A stretch of 63,359 nucleotides of DNA, filler included, from Squatina squatina (taxonomy: Eukaryota): the NCBI GenBank assembly GCA_031763465.1. It is 4 parts of 4 records of this genome, joined end to end, with 100 filler letters (N's around TTAATTAATTAA, not from the genome) between each part and the next. Parts side by side here need not be neighbours in the genome. Positions count along the whole stretch, not along the records: positions 1 to 22,072 come from JARFOE010000115.1; 3 more parts are not named here. One strand, given 5' to 3'. Every line of letters starts with the position of its first letter. The first letter of the stretch is position 1. Below are positions 1 through 12,760 of the stretch, one piece after another. The notes under the pieces are model-generated. The model had not been told where the DNA came from, did no database searches, and was given only the letters and a program-made list of their open reading frames with translations. The position numbers and the translations under genes were made by a program.

Positions 1-43
1 GCCAAATGGCCTACTCCTGCTCCTATTTTCTATGTTTCTATGT
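1..43 (+). mobile_element. 3' end of CR1-type LINE or its partner SINE
   Basis: gccaaatggcctactcctgctcct followed by a TTCTATGT tandem tail. Confidence 0.7.
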
Positions 44-1116
44 GAGGGGTAAAGGCTGCTCACTCCTAGTTTGCTGTGTTTCGTTTGAAATGGTTTAGAG
101 ACCAATTGTAACCAACCTTTATGAATGGTCCAAAATTTTAATTATTATTTTTTAAAAGTTCTGTCCCTTACCCTCCGGATACAACGAGAGATTTTTTTTA
201 TTTTATGAGCAAGGACTCCAGCCACAAATCTTTCCCTAGAATTAAAATTATTTCTTAAAAGCCCACTTACCCAGGGATAAATCAACCAGTTCCAATCCCC
301 AGTCATCATTCAGTGAGTATTGTTACTATGTTCATGTGCCTGGACACTGGATGAGAACCCGGGGATTGGACTTGGCTGTGATGCCCTCCACTGTCAAATA
401 GACGGCCAATATTCACATCTAGCCTCGCACACAGAGAATGGTCACATGGATGTGGCACTGGAAAGCTGATAGCATCTGTACCCCAATAAAGGAAAAGAAG
501 ACGAGGCAGAAGTGATAAAAGATGATTTTGTAAATCATGCAGTTGGAATTCAAATTGTAATGCCCATTTTACAGGTTTTGTTTTAAATCTTGTTACAGGG
601 TGCAATGGCTGCCACCTATTTTGCTTTAAACCGTACACCTCAGGCACCAAGACTAGAACCTGTACTGGCATCAAACCTGGCTCAGCGAAGAGGAATGAAA
701 AGATTGACTTCTACAAGACTATAACAGCTATCGCACACCAACTCTAGGAAGTTTTCTTTTTGNNNNNNNNNNNNNNNNNNNNNNNNNNNNNNNNNNNNNN
801 NNNNNNNNNNNNNNNNNNNNNNNNNNNNNNNNNNNNNNNNNNNNNNNNNNNNNNNNNNNNNNGAGCTACTAAAATCTGTGCGAAGTGGTTTAAGTCACCC
901 ACCTAATTTTCACTATATATCTTTATATGGATACTAATGGTGATTCATAATGTCATGCAGTATTAATTAATAAATTAATATCAACATGAAAAAGTAATCA
1001 ATATTTAATTTTTTTTAAATGATTAATTTAACATTTTACATTGATAAAGATAGTTGCTATACAATATAAACTTTATTTCTCAAGAAATCTAGAAGTATAA
1101 TCAATGAAACACTCAC

Positions 1117-1296
1117 CAACGATGGACAGTATTGTTGCAATCATTAAAAAGGCATAAACGATGCTCATTACTGCAGCAATATTGATCTGGGTATCTGATT
1201 TGAGTTTGTAACAGATCAGTATGTAGATAGCAGGAGGAATGACTCCAAGAGCCAGAGCAACAGTTCCATTCCAGTTAAACACAAAGGTAAACGCTC
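1117..1296 (-). CDS. chs: Chitin synthase exon (C-terminal TM helices)
   Basis: aacttttacag|GAGCGTTT...ATCGTTG|gtgagt, 180 bp, phase 1-1. Encodes GAFTFVFNWNGTVALALGVIPPAIYILICYKLKSDTQINIAAVMSIVYAFLMIATILSIV and is in frame with the previous exon. Confidence 0.9.
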
Positions 1297-1523
1297 CTGT
1301 AAAAGTTATTGTATAGCAAAAATTAATCTACATTGTATTACAAAGAACATTTATGTTATTAAGATTGGAAAAAACAATGAAGAAATTTATCCTACAAGTT
1401 TCCATTACTAGCCTTCGGAATTTNNNNNNNNNNNNNNNNNNNNNNNNNNNNNNNNNNNNNNNNNNNNNNNNNNNNNNNNNNNNNNNNNNNNNNNNNNNNN
1501 NNNNNNNNNNNNNNNNNNNNNNN

Positions 1524-2080
1524 TCCTTCCTTAGGTAAGGAGACCAAAACTGTACACAATACTCCAGGTGCGGTCTCACCAAGGCCCTATATAATTGCAG
1601 CAAGACATCTTTACTCCTGTACTCAAATCCTCTTGTAATAAAGGCCAACATACCATTTGCCTTTCCAATTGTTTGCTGCACCTGCATGTTAGCTTTCAGT
1701 GATGCATATACAAAGACACCCAGATCCCTTTGAACATCAACATTTCCTAATCTCTCACTATTTAAAAAAAATAATTTGCATTTCTGTTTTTTGTACTAAA
1801 GTGGATAACTTCACATTTTTCCACATTATATCTATCTGCCATGTTCTCACCCACTCACTTAGTCTGTCTAAAACCCCCTGAAGCCTCTTTGCATCCTTGT
1901 CACAACTCACAATCCCACCTAGTTTTGTGTCATCAGCAAACTTGGAAATAGTACATTTGGTCCCTTCATCCAAATCATTGATATAGATTGTGAATAGTTG
2001 GGGCTCAAGCACCGATCCCTGCGGTATCTCACTAGTCACAGCCTGCCAACCTGAAAATGACCTGTTTATTCCTACTCTCT
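1524..2080 (-). mobile_element. CR1-clade LINE RT fragment (in chs intron)
   Basis: PQGSVLEPQLFTIYINDL...SKFADDTKLGG and LYRALVRPHLEYCVQFWSP, interrupted by frameshifts. Confidence 0.93.
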
Positions 2081-3966
2081 GGTTGATAGTAGACATAAGT
2101 GGTGAAGGTGACTCTTTTCATCTGAAAGTGTTTGGCAATTTTTTATTGTTGGTGGAGAGAAAAGATCCAATTATCATTTTTGTTGCAACAGTCTCATGCA
2201 TGAATGATGCAATAATGTGCTTCAACAAAAATTATACCATTGTTAATTCTGGTTCAGCACGAGGGAGGAGGTACATCTTAAGCGAACTTCCCTAATGAAG
2301 AAAACATCTAAAGACATCTAGGCATGAGGAACAAGGAATTTGATAGACTGACTCTGTCATTATTTTAGTTTGAATACAGATAACTATAAGGTACAAGATA
2401 TTGGCAGAGAAAAATGGTCAATAAATATAATCTATCAATGAACTAGTTCAGAAGGGAATTGACAAAATGATGACAGATCGATCCATCTAAAAGTCTTGTG
2501 TCTAGTGCACATCCATCACAAACCAGAGGTCATAAACTGAATATCACACTTCAAAGATGCAAAACACATTTTATAAATGGAGAAGGAAAGCCTGGAATTA
2601 TCTTGGAACTTACTGACTTATAATCAACCTCAGGTAAAATCAGTTACAATTACAAGAAGGTACAATTATTCCACAGGGAATACTTGAGCTGCGGCCTTAA
2701 AGAGACACATCAGGTTAGCTGCTAATCATTACAACTCTGCTCCAGACCATCTGTGAGCAACGCCGCAGGATGTCTGTTGGTGTTTCTAAATCAGTAGAGT
2801 ATAAATCAGAGGATATCATGCTGTAACTACAATATACAGTATTCTGGTCAGACTGCACCTTGTCCAGATTTGGTCAACAAGATAAAAGAGGAGTAGTGCA
2901 GAGAACCTGAAGCTGATCCCTAAGGGGAATTTTAACCGAGCACACTGGGCAGGAAATGGGTGGGTTCGGCTCAAACACCCATCTTTCACCCTGCCTGATT
3001 TTACTCTCCATCAGCATGCCCTCTGATCTTTAGGGCTGTCTTTCCAGTCGGGAATGTTCTGAGGTAAGGGTTGAGGTAAATTTTTAGTGTAATACAGTTT
3101 GATCTCTGAAATATGCCCACATTAGAAAGATTTACACCATCAATGGACTCGAACCTTAATATTCCCAGGATTCCTTCTCTCCTTGATGAGCACATATGCG
3201 AGATAGAATGAAAATAAGTTAGAAACTTACTTCAAACAAATTAGTTAGTATTTTACAATAAAATAGTGCCAATGTGGCCAGTACATGATTGATATAATGT
3301 ATCATATATTGTATCTCCATGATATTCAACATTCTTTGAAATATCACTCATTATATAACATATTGATTTTTGGTGTTGAAACACATTGTTTTATTACCCT
3401 TGAAGCAGCACCATTTTCATAAAAAGGTGCGTGTCAAAACCTCTGCTGTTCAGGAGGGGCCAGCAACCAGAGGAACCTTGAGGTATTTTCATTACATCGA
3501 TGTGACTTGTACTGGATATGCTTAGATGTGATATGTGTCATTTTGTTGTGTGTTTGTAAGCAAATGAAACAAAGTTTGCCACATACTATTTTTTTTAAAG
3601 AAAACTGTGACCTTTTCTTTGATTCTGAATGCTGGACAGTTTGATGTGTGCATCCCACTGTGAGGCTGGCATCTAAGATTCTTTATAATTATGTTGGCAG
3701 ATCCTGACGTGGCACATTAATGGATGGCTGTGTGCCAGCACACCCTTCATATTGATGCAGAAACCTGACTCTCACTAATAGTGACAAAAAAAAGCCTGTG
3801 TGTCCCTTCATTTGTGTGCAGCCAAATACAATCACTTCTGCATTTGTGGCACTGATATTATTTTATGATAAAGCTCTCGAAATGAAATAGTATTTATTGT
3901 CACAGTATATCGTCCCAAGTTATAGGTAAGAAAATATCACATCATGGTACGGAAAAGCACAGTCAC

Positions 3967-4251
3967 CTGATATCATCAAAACCACAGTGGCAGGACCCAG
4001 AATGGATGCTGCTGTTCCAATAATTTGGTACAAAATGTAGAGTTTTGAGATTGAAGGGTTTTTCCTGGAAGTTTGCGGTCCACTGTCTAGAAGGTCAATT
4101 GTATTTGCCAAAGTTGATGGCACCCCGCGACGTCGTTGATTGTAGAATTCCTTGAAATCCTCTGGTGCGTTTGTGTAGGCATCTGAAGCTGCATTGTATT
4201 CTACGCGCCAGCCCTGCTGTAGTAATAATGTACACATCCAACGGTCTTCTC
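3967..4251 (-). CDS. chs: Chitin synthase exon with GEDRW and a variant QRRR(G) motif
   Basis: ttccaacag|GAGAAGACCGTTGG...ATATCAG|gtgact, 285 bp, phase 1-1. Encodes GEDRWMCTLLLQQGWRVEYNAASDAYTNAPEDFKEFYNQRRRGVPSTLANTIDLL...ILGPATVVLMIS. Confidence 0.95.
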
Positions 4252-4610
4252 CTGTTGGAATTGATCGGTGAAATTTACTGTTAAAGGTGCTTACTCGCCC
4301 ATTGTACTAAGACCAATCAATTCAGTCAAAAATGTGAGATTCTCTTGGTACAAAGAACACCCCTGCCTTCAGTGATATATGTATCCAGGGTGACTCATGG
4401 TACTTGTACACACTAACATATGGTTATCGTTGGTCTCTTTTGACTGATTGTTCCTGACTGTAGCCTATGATTACTATGTAGCACTAAATGGTGGCTATGG
4501 AAACTTGTAGCCTCTCAGTTTACATTAGCTTTTCTTATTGAAGGAAGTTTACTGATTATTCTTTCCAAATAATGGTTTCCCTGTCACACTGAGACATTTC
4601 TTTTACACAT

Positions 4611-4748
4611 AGTGGGGTAGAATTACCGCAAGTGTTTGCCCAATCACCTACTGAACCTGTAAAACAGCCTTTTACGCTGTTCTCGCCAATCGCCTGCCAG
4701 AGATACGGCAGGAGATAGGGAGAATTTCTGTAGAAATTCCAGCCCACT
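4611..4748. mobile_element. Short MITE-like element with terminal inverted repeats
   Basis: Left end AGTGGGGTAGAATT; right end reverse complement AGTGGGCTGGAATT (12/14 match). Confidence 0.55.
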
Positions 4749-4769
4749 GTCAACAGGTTACCAAAAGGA

Positions 4770-4828
4770 ACAATAACAACAGCAACTTGCATTTATATAG
4801 CACCTCTAATGTAGTAAAACGCCCTAAG
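4770..4828 (-). mobile_element. SINE/L2-type 3' tail at gap edge
   Basis: aacaacagcaacttgcatttatatagcacc is the reverse complement of the ctatataaatgcaagttg(ttg)n tail. Confidence 0.65.
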
Positions 4829-5086
4829 NNNNNNNNNNNNNNNNNNNNNNNNNNNNNNNNNNNNNNNNNNNNNNNNNNNNNNNNNNNNNNNNNNNNNNNN
4901 NNNNNNNNNNNNNNNNNNNNNNNNNNNNTCAAATAAAATGCCTCCACCTCCACTACCATAAGGCAAGCTTATTGCCCCATTTGGAGAGGCTGAACCGACA
5001 GAATCCCTCAATAACTTGGTACAATCTCTGTCCATTTTTAACTGAGGAAACAATGAATGGTTTCACTTTCAATAATGCAAGCACTT

Positions 5087-5746
5087 TGGGGGCAAAATTC
5101 CACATTTATCTCACCTCTTTAGCACCTCCGAGGGGCGAGCTCACCTCCCGCGAAATTCCCTGGGAGGTCCCGGAGGCACAAGGGCCTTTCCGCCTCGCCC
5201 TACGGATTTTGTGGCGGGCCAGCGCAACACGTCATAATTGTGCGCCACCAGCAGTTTCTGCCCCGCGGTGATGCCTGTGGGGGAAACTGGCCCACGGGAC
5301 GCGAGGTCAACAGCCGGCGATGGCACCGACAGCTTCACGGGCTGCGAAGCTGTTGGTGCTGAGGCCCCTTAACGGAGAAGGCCTCTGCGCCGCTGGCCAC
5401 CAGCTTTTCCTGTTGGCCGACTCTTTGGTCACGGCCCTCACCTCGACCGGGCCGCCATCTGTTAGCCCGGGACACCGACTAACATGCTGGCCCAGTCGGC
5501 AGCGTCCCTGGAGGCCCAGTGGCGGCCATCGGAGTGCTGTTATTCTGCGTGGTGGCCCACCCCATTAACTGAAGGGGTGGCGCCTCGTGTGACATCAGCG
5601 CTCTGCAGAGCCTATGCGGGGCACTACCTTCCAGAGCACAGCGTTGACGTCATCAGCACCACACCACCACCCTGGAAGTGAGGCACACAGCACTCCACCT
5701 CATTTCCGGGGCAGTAATGCGGCGCGGCGGTGGGGAATTCCACCCT
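5087..5746. mobile_element. GC/CpG-rich non-autonomous DNA-transposon-like element
   Basis: Sharp GC-rich island bounded by ggggcaaaattcc and ggaattccaccct, imperfect TIRs of the same GGG-N-AATT type. Confidence 0.5.
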
Positions 5747-6813
5747 CTTTCAATTTCTGTCTTGCCGGTCTGAGCAATTTTTTTTTCCAATAATCTGACT
5801 ACAGATCTGGTCTTTGCCAATAAACTTTCTCTGCCAACATAATCCGTTCTACAGTATTTTACGGCGCTCTTGCTGCTATCTGATGATAGCCTACATATCA
5901 TCTTCTACAGTGAATAACTACGTTTCAATATCTAGCAGCCAAAAAATGCACAAAGTAAAAGATGAGGTTGAACATGTTAGAATTCTGCACCCCAATGTTG
6001 GGTTTCTGATGCTATCTTGGAGATTTCCAAAAATCTTCATGACCCTGACATTAGGGCCCCGTTTTTCTGAGCGGTAGTACAAGCAGAAGTTTTAGTCTGG
6101 GTTTCCTCGCCTGCTGCACAGTTGTGACTCCACAGCGTGCGTCTCTTTATTTTCGACATGATCCCCACCTGCTTGACAGACTTGGCTCCCAGTCAGGAAA
6201 GGGGGCAATCCGGAGCAGGCTTGAGGAGCAGGTAGTGGGAGCGTGAGGAGTGGAGTACGATCCCTGAGGGGGTCCAATCTCTGATCCCAGGGAATTCCAA
6301 TCCCTGACCCTCGAGGCTGTTTGGATCAAGGATGGCAGGGAAATAGGTAACTTGGTGGGCTGGGAGGAATGTAAAGGCACTTACATTCTCCCTGAAGCTG
6401 TCCTCAACTCCCTTGAGTTGTTGGGTTTACAGAGGCCTGGAACATCTGGCTGGCCAATTCTGAGGCTGCCAGCCTCATTAAAATATTTAAATTGCCCACC
6501 TGCACTGAGGGGTGGGCAGCTAAATCCTCGGAGTGGGTTTCCTGCCCGCCGCTTGTCCCACCTCCTTTAAACCCAGAAATGGATGGGCTAGAGGCGGGTT
6601 GGGTTTGAGATTTTAAAAATTTTAACATCTCACCTGATCGCAACCCAACCATTTTTGGGGGTTAAAATTCACCCCTAACTGATTAACACAAACAGGTTAA
6701 TACCTCAGTTAAAATGCCAAACAGAGTGCTGTTACATGAACACGTTAAGTGTCTGTACACTGCTATCATGCATCGTCATTTTTAGGCACTAGAAATCAAA
6801 ATACATTCCTTAC

Positions 6814-6915
6814 CTTTAAGGCATTTGCAGTATATGTGTCATCTTCAAATTTGCCTGATAAGGTATTGTACTTCCTGTTTAACTTCCATCCCAGCAGATA
6901 ATACATGTACATGAT
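6814..6915 (-). CDS. chs: Chitin synthase exon
   Basis: ctctcttttcag|ATCATG...TTAAAG|gtaagg, 102 bp, phase 0-0. IMYMYYLLGWKLNRKY... continues directly from KRWSQ, as in other CHS proteins. Confidence 0.92.
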
Positions 6916-7522
6916 CTGAAAAGAGAGAGGCAATATATAGAGAATGCTGGTGTACACACAGCTGGCCAAATAGTAGAATATTCCCCTATTGCTTCTGCCG
7001 TCTTGCAATGCAATCATGAAATGTTAATAAATTAGTCAGAGTGCTCAAAAGATGAATTGCATGCCTCCTATCCTGTTGATCATGGGCTCAGATCGCAAAT
7101 TCCCTCAAGCTCTTCTATTGGAAGCGATTTTTTCCAGTTCTCCGCCAAGTTACTAACAATGTTTAGGAGTCAGAAATATCTGGTTAGGTTTCAAATTTAG
7201 ATCTCCGGTACTTTTTGTGACCCAGACCTGAGAAGATTTCAAAAGAGCCTCACTGCTAGCATGAACTTTGACAGTCAAAGCTAACCTTGAACTCAGGTGC
7301 CAACAGTGAACCATTTGTAGACCACTAAAAAATATTGTTGCACCTTACCACTTGCCTACATTGGATCAGGCACAGACCATCTCCTCCGCATGCAGCTGCC
7401 CTAAACACCTTGAACCTCCCAAATCACCAAACAGCATGCCCAGTAAACCTCCTGGGAATCAGATCCCCTTCCCCAACTAAAGCAATGTTAATTGGATACT
7501 GTCCCACAAAATGGCCAGAATA

Positions 7523-7790
7523 ATAAAAGGCTAATTGGCAAAAGAACCAGAAGAGTGACGGTGAGAACTTTTTTTACACCGCAAGTTGTTGTGATCTGGA
7601 ATGCACTGCCTGCACAGGTGGTGTAAGCAGATTCAATAGTAACTTTCAAAGGAAGTGGATATATACTGGGAAAGAAAACATTTGCAAGGGCTATGGGGAA
7701 AGAGCAGGAAGTGGGGTAAATTGGATAGCTCTACCAAAGAGGTACGATAGGCCAAACAGCAACCTTCTGTGCTGTATAATTCTATATTAA
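7523..7790 (+). mobile_element. CR1 LINE 3' end, degenerate
   Basis: tggaatgcactgcctg...ttcaaagga...ctatggggaaagagcagg...ccttctgtgctgt...ttctat. Confidence 0.75.
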
Positions 7791-9106
7791 CTGAACATTA
7801 GTACACACCTATTTTTGCACAGAAAATATGAACATACGAAAGTGACAGACAGGAAAAGAGCAGCTAGCCTGTTAAGCCTGGATCATTCCATCTTGATGCA
7901 ACTCAACATCATAACTTCCATCTTCCACCCCTCACCAGCAGCCATGCAATCTCCTGTGGTAACATTGACACTAAGTGATGCTGTGACCATCCTGTAATGT
8001 GAACTCATATCTTATAAGATGAGATATAGAATTTAGTGCTTTTTCACCACATTTATTTTGTTCAGAATTTTCACACTTAGGAACTTTACTGAGTGCTTTA
8101 GAAAGAGGGTATCTCTTCAGACCTACTAACAATAGAATAACATGGTGAAAGACAACATGTATAATAAAGGGTAAGGTGAGCAATTCATGTTTTATGTTTC
8201 CCAGAGGAATGCCACCTGTTGGTCTAGATGAAAAAGGATGACATTCATCCTACAGCTGATGCCTGCAGCAATTTCTTGAATTTCACTGTTCAGGTCACTC
8301 AGGTTCAATGATTGATCGTTCAACCCAATAATAAATACACTTCAGACAAGTAGCTGCTGAACTGCAGGACACTTCTTCACTCTTTCCGCACTATTTAACT
8401 TAACTGAAGCATACACCTGGATCAGGGGTGGTGCTACTTTTTGCCTTCATGGGCCACATATGTGGCTGTTGCGGGCCACATATAAAATTTAAAACCATGC
8501 TTCCAGTAACTTGCATATGTCAAAGTTTGCTGACGCTAATAGATCTTGGTGCCCTGATTTATGATATCTTCTCTGTTTCTCTTTTTCCCTCCCGTTGAGC
8601 AGCTGCTAACTATTGTTTGGTTACAGCTCCACAACAAAAGCTGCCCATCAGCTGCGATTTCACCACCGGAGGCGCGTTGAGTACAGGCGGCAATGGTGGA
8701 CTGTGGGAAACGCGCTCCTGATTGCAGCCGCCCTCACAACACAATCTTACTATCAGTTGCCTTTTTAAGCCCGCCCTGTGGGCTTCCCTGCCAATTAACA
8801 GGAAGCCGGTCTGATGATGTCATCTGATGACACGTCATCAGCCAGTTTTCTTAAAGGGACCATGGGTAACTTTTTTTTGACAGTTCTTCTGTCAGTGTTC
8901 TACAGCATTGAGGTGCTGCAAACACTGACAGTGAGTGCACGGCTGCACCCAAGCTCTCCCATGACTCCCTCCAGATGCTTATTGAGGGAGTCACAGCACA
9001 GAGGGANNNNNNNNNNNNNNNNNNNNNNNNNNNNNNNNNNNNNNNNNNNNNNNNNNNNNNNNNNNNNNNNNNNNNNNNNNNNNNNNNNNNNNNNNNNNNN
9101 NNNNNN

Positions 9107-9162
<56 letters not shown>
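9107..9162. repeat. (GT)n microsatellite at gap edge
   Basis: Pure GT run, read directly. Confidence 0.97.
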
Positions 9163-9164
<2 letters not shown>

Positions 9165-10364
9165 AGAAAGAGGTAAGGATTAAATCCAATATTGACCCTG
9201 GTGCATTAGGATAGCAGGTATATCTTGTGACAACCCAGCAGAACAAAGTGACTTTCCACTTGGTTGGTCCCTCCATTCAGTAACTCTTGGCACAGCCACA
9301 AAGTGGAAGTACCAGAGAGAGTCACAAAGGAGTTCTAAGGCCATCTGTCCAACCTACCAACTGAAGGAATTATGCATGAAGGTGAGCAGCTATGATTGAG
9401 GAGAAACAATCCAAGAATAGGTAACAAACAATTCAATATAAAACTAAGAAACAAAACATAAAAACTGTTTCCTTTCCATGATTTAAAGTTCTGTTATGTA
9501 AAAATTTACATCTCATTTTCAACAGATGAGATACAATGCACAACTGATAATTATTAAACGCCACTGATCGTTTAAGTCGTATGAGACGGTACACGCATGT
9601 ACACAACATCCCCAGATATCAAGCTCAATGCACTTTACAAGGCTCCTTTTCATATTTACATCAATTGATCAAACTTCCACTGTTGGCATTTTACTGCAAC
9701 AAACAGAAACATTTAATACCAGAGGCTATTTTCTTAGTAGTTGCAGCACACTGATATATGAAAAGCTTTTTCTTTTACTTATAAAGTGACAATCACACCC
9801 TGAAATTCGAAACTGTCAAAAGCTCACCACAAAACTGTCATGGTATTGTAGTGTTATACTAAGGCCATGCTGAAGAGCAAATGGTTTGTCAATATAATTA
9901 TAAACAATGAGAATCAGACACTACCCATTATGTTATTAGGTTAGGTTGGGTTACAGGGGGAACGATATATATTAGATTTTGTGTTATGTTTATTTCTGTG
10001 TCAGTTATATTTCAATGAAGAACTTTCTTTATCACACCTCTCAGTTATATTAAAAAAGGGGTTTCATAAGATCTATAAGTTAACAAACTGCTTCAGGCTA
10101 CATTTCCTACACGAAGTAAACCTCATCCCTTTCTAAAGTAATAAAAAATGAGGTTCAATAATGTAAATAGGAAGACCTGGTGCACAGTCTCAAAGCACCA
10201 CTCGAAATTCTGCTTTAAAGCACTAATCATGTATTTAACACCTTCAGATTTCAGATAACACTATCAGCCTTCAGATTTTATATTGAGTAGGAATGATTTC
10301 TGCTTCCCATTTCTATTTGTATGGCCTACTTTGATTTAATGCTATGGTCACTAGTTAAACTTAC

Positions 10365-10487
10365 TTGAGACCATCTCTTCTTGTGCCGGATTTTCTGCTT
10401 GTCTTTCAAATGAACGTACAGAGTGTTTCCATATGGAAGGGTATAGCTGATTCTTCCACCATAAGGTGTCTCCATTATGGTTTGCTT
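10365..10487 (-). CDS. chs: Chitin synthase exon, 5' end lost in gap
   Basis: Encodes KQTIMETPYGGRISYTLPYGNTLYVHLKDKQKIRHKKRWSQ then gtaagt. TPYGGR and HLKDK..IRHKKRWSQ are CHS signatures. Confidence 0.93.
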
Positions 10488-11249
10488 NNNNNNNNNNNNN
10501 NNNNNNNNNNNNNNNNNNNNNNNNNNNNNNNNNNNNNNNNNNNNNNNNNNNNNNNNNNNNNNNNNNNNNNNNNNNNNNNNNNNNNNNGATGGGAATAACT
10601 TTCCATAGAAAAAATTAGCTGGGTCACTTGATTAATATTCTAATTTTATTTTGTTCCCCCACCATAAGTGATAGGCAATAAATTGAGGTGGGCTACCACC
10701 TCGCAGACAGTCTCCCCTCATTACCACTGTTAAGGAAGCTGCCAGATGTGCAAAAACCGCTCAAGTGCCTGGATGTTCTCTCCTTTTTTTCAGGGTGTAT
10801 TCCCCAACAGCACAGCCAAGATTGAGGGGAAAATATCATGGACAATGAACCCACATCCTATCATTAAATGGCACTGTAACACCAACACACTCCATATCAT
10901 TTGAACAAGCAGAAAAAAAAAATCATAGGCTGGGAATTTAAGCTTGCAAACAGAGTTGCCACTGCACTTCTGGTGAAGTTATGAAAGTGGAGCAGGGCAG
11001 CTACAAGGAAATTGGCAGAAAGCCTCGCAATGTGGTTAGATGAGGTGCAAACTATCATCACATTAGGTGAAAACATTTATAACATTTGATACATTCACAA
11101 CATCAGCATAAGATTTAATTGTTATTATTGCTTTGTTATACAGAATGCACAACATTCCAACAGCAATTAAATCTGTGTGGTTAAAACCCTGAAGGGAAAC
11201 TTCCATATTGGTCTTGATACACGTGAGGAGCTGGTTCCTCTGGATTTAC

Positions 11250-11339
11250 CTGAATATTGAGGTAAGGATCTTTGACATTTCATCCACTGTTTCATGCCAC
11301 ATTGTTGCACACAAATATATCATGACGTGGTCCGATTTC
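11250..11339 (-). CDS. chs: Chitin synthase exon (start of GT2 catalytic domain)
   Basis: tttatgaatag|G...TTCAG|gtaaat, 90 bp, phase 2-2. Encodes (R)KSDHVMIYLCATMWHETVDEMSKILTSIF(R), containing the CHS CATMWHE motif. Not in the ORF track. Confidence 0.93.
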
Positions 11340-12399
11340 CTATTCATAAAAATGTATTCATTTGTTACTATTATCAAACCACTTCTAAATAATGTATTAC
11401 TGGGAATTCATATTGAAGTATAATTGTGATTGTATAATTANNNNNNNNNNNNNNNNNNNNNNNNNNNNNNNNNNNNNNNNNNNNNNNNNNNNNNNNNNNN
11501 NNNNNNNNNNNNNNNNNNNNNNNNNNNNNNNNNNNNNNNNNNNNNNNNNNNNNNNNNNNNNNNNNNNNNNNNNNNNNNNNNNNNNNNNNNNNNNNNNNNN
11601 NNNNNNNNNNNNNNNNNNNNNNNNNNNNNNNNNNNNNNNNNNNNNNNNNNNNNNNNTGCACCGAGGCTGCTCAAACCTATATTGAATCAGGCCTAATAGG
11701 CAGCACAGAGGGGAGACTCTCAGCTCACCCGACTGGCTGAATTCGAATCCCGGCCTCAGTCTGCGACAACAGTGTGTCATTACTTCTCCAATCACTTTAC
11801 TGAGCCCTCTTGTGTGTGTGGCCATTTGCGGGTCAAATGGCCTCCTTCTGTGCGATAAGGGTCTACAATCCGAGTCGACACATGTTGAGTTTCAATATCC
11901 CTTTGAATGCACCTGGCAAGCCATTCCATCCCAGCTAGAACCCAGGGGAGTTCAATTCAGGTGCGATGTATACACCGTATCTTACGGCACATCCAGTGTG
12001 ACTTCGAGAGGGGGACCTTGGAGGCAATTCAGTCAGAGCCAATGTGAAGAATATTGCACTGGGAGAGCGGAGGAGAGACTCACAGCGACAGCTGTTCACA
12101 CCAGTGGCACAGGAGCAGTTGCGACTGCCTTCAGATAATTTACATTTATATAGCATTCTGCGCGTGTGTTGCCCCTCTCGAGAAATATCTGACTGGCTCA
12201 AACGCTTGGAACTAATGCGGCTGGAGTCACCACGCATCTATGCGGCGGTCACTGTGCGGCCCGTGTGCGCGATCCAGTGCCAGCTCCCACACGCGGGAGG
12301 GGCAACTTTCCGAGACCACCCCACCCCCCGTCCCCACCCCCTTTCCCCCCCACTGCCTGACATTGCACATCGCAAAACCGTTGGCACGGTGCCCGTGAG

Positions 12400-12760
12400 T
12401 TTCTGATGTGCGCCTGTGGTGGGCAAGGTATGAGGGGTTTTGATAGAATGAATAGGGAGAAACTGTTTCCACAGTAACCTTGGACACAGAGTTATGCTAA
12501 TCAGCACAAGAGCCGGGGAGGAGATGAGGAGATTTTGTTTTGTTTGAACAGCAAAATTTTATGATCCGGAATACACTGGAAGTGGAAGCAGATTCTAAAG
12601 GGAATTGCATATCTAGTTTAAAAGGAAAACTTTGCAGGGCTATGGGGAAAGAGCAGAGGGAACGGGACTAATTATAATGCTCTTTCAAAAAGCCACACAG
12701 GAATAATGATGGGCCGAAGGGCCTCCTTCTGTGCTATATCATCCTATTATTCTACATCTT
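12400..12760 (+). mobile_element. CR1 LINE 3' end, degenerate
   Basis: Same 3' motifs: gcagggctatggggaaagagc; gggccgaagggcctccttctgtgct. Confidence 0.72.

Noticed and set aside
11374-11825. Stack of X-rich ORFs (similar ones occur at most gaps)
   Set aside because: Artefacts of N runs lacking stop codons.
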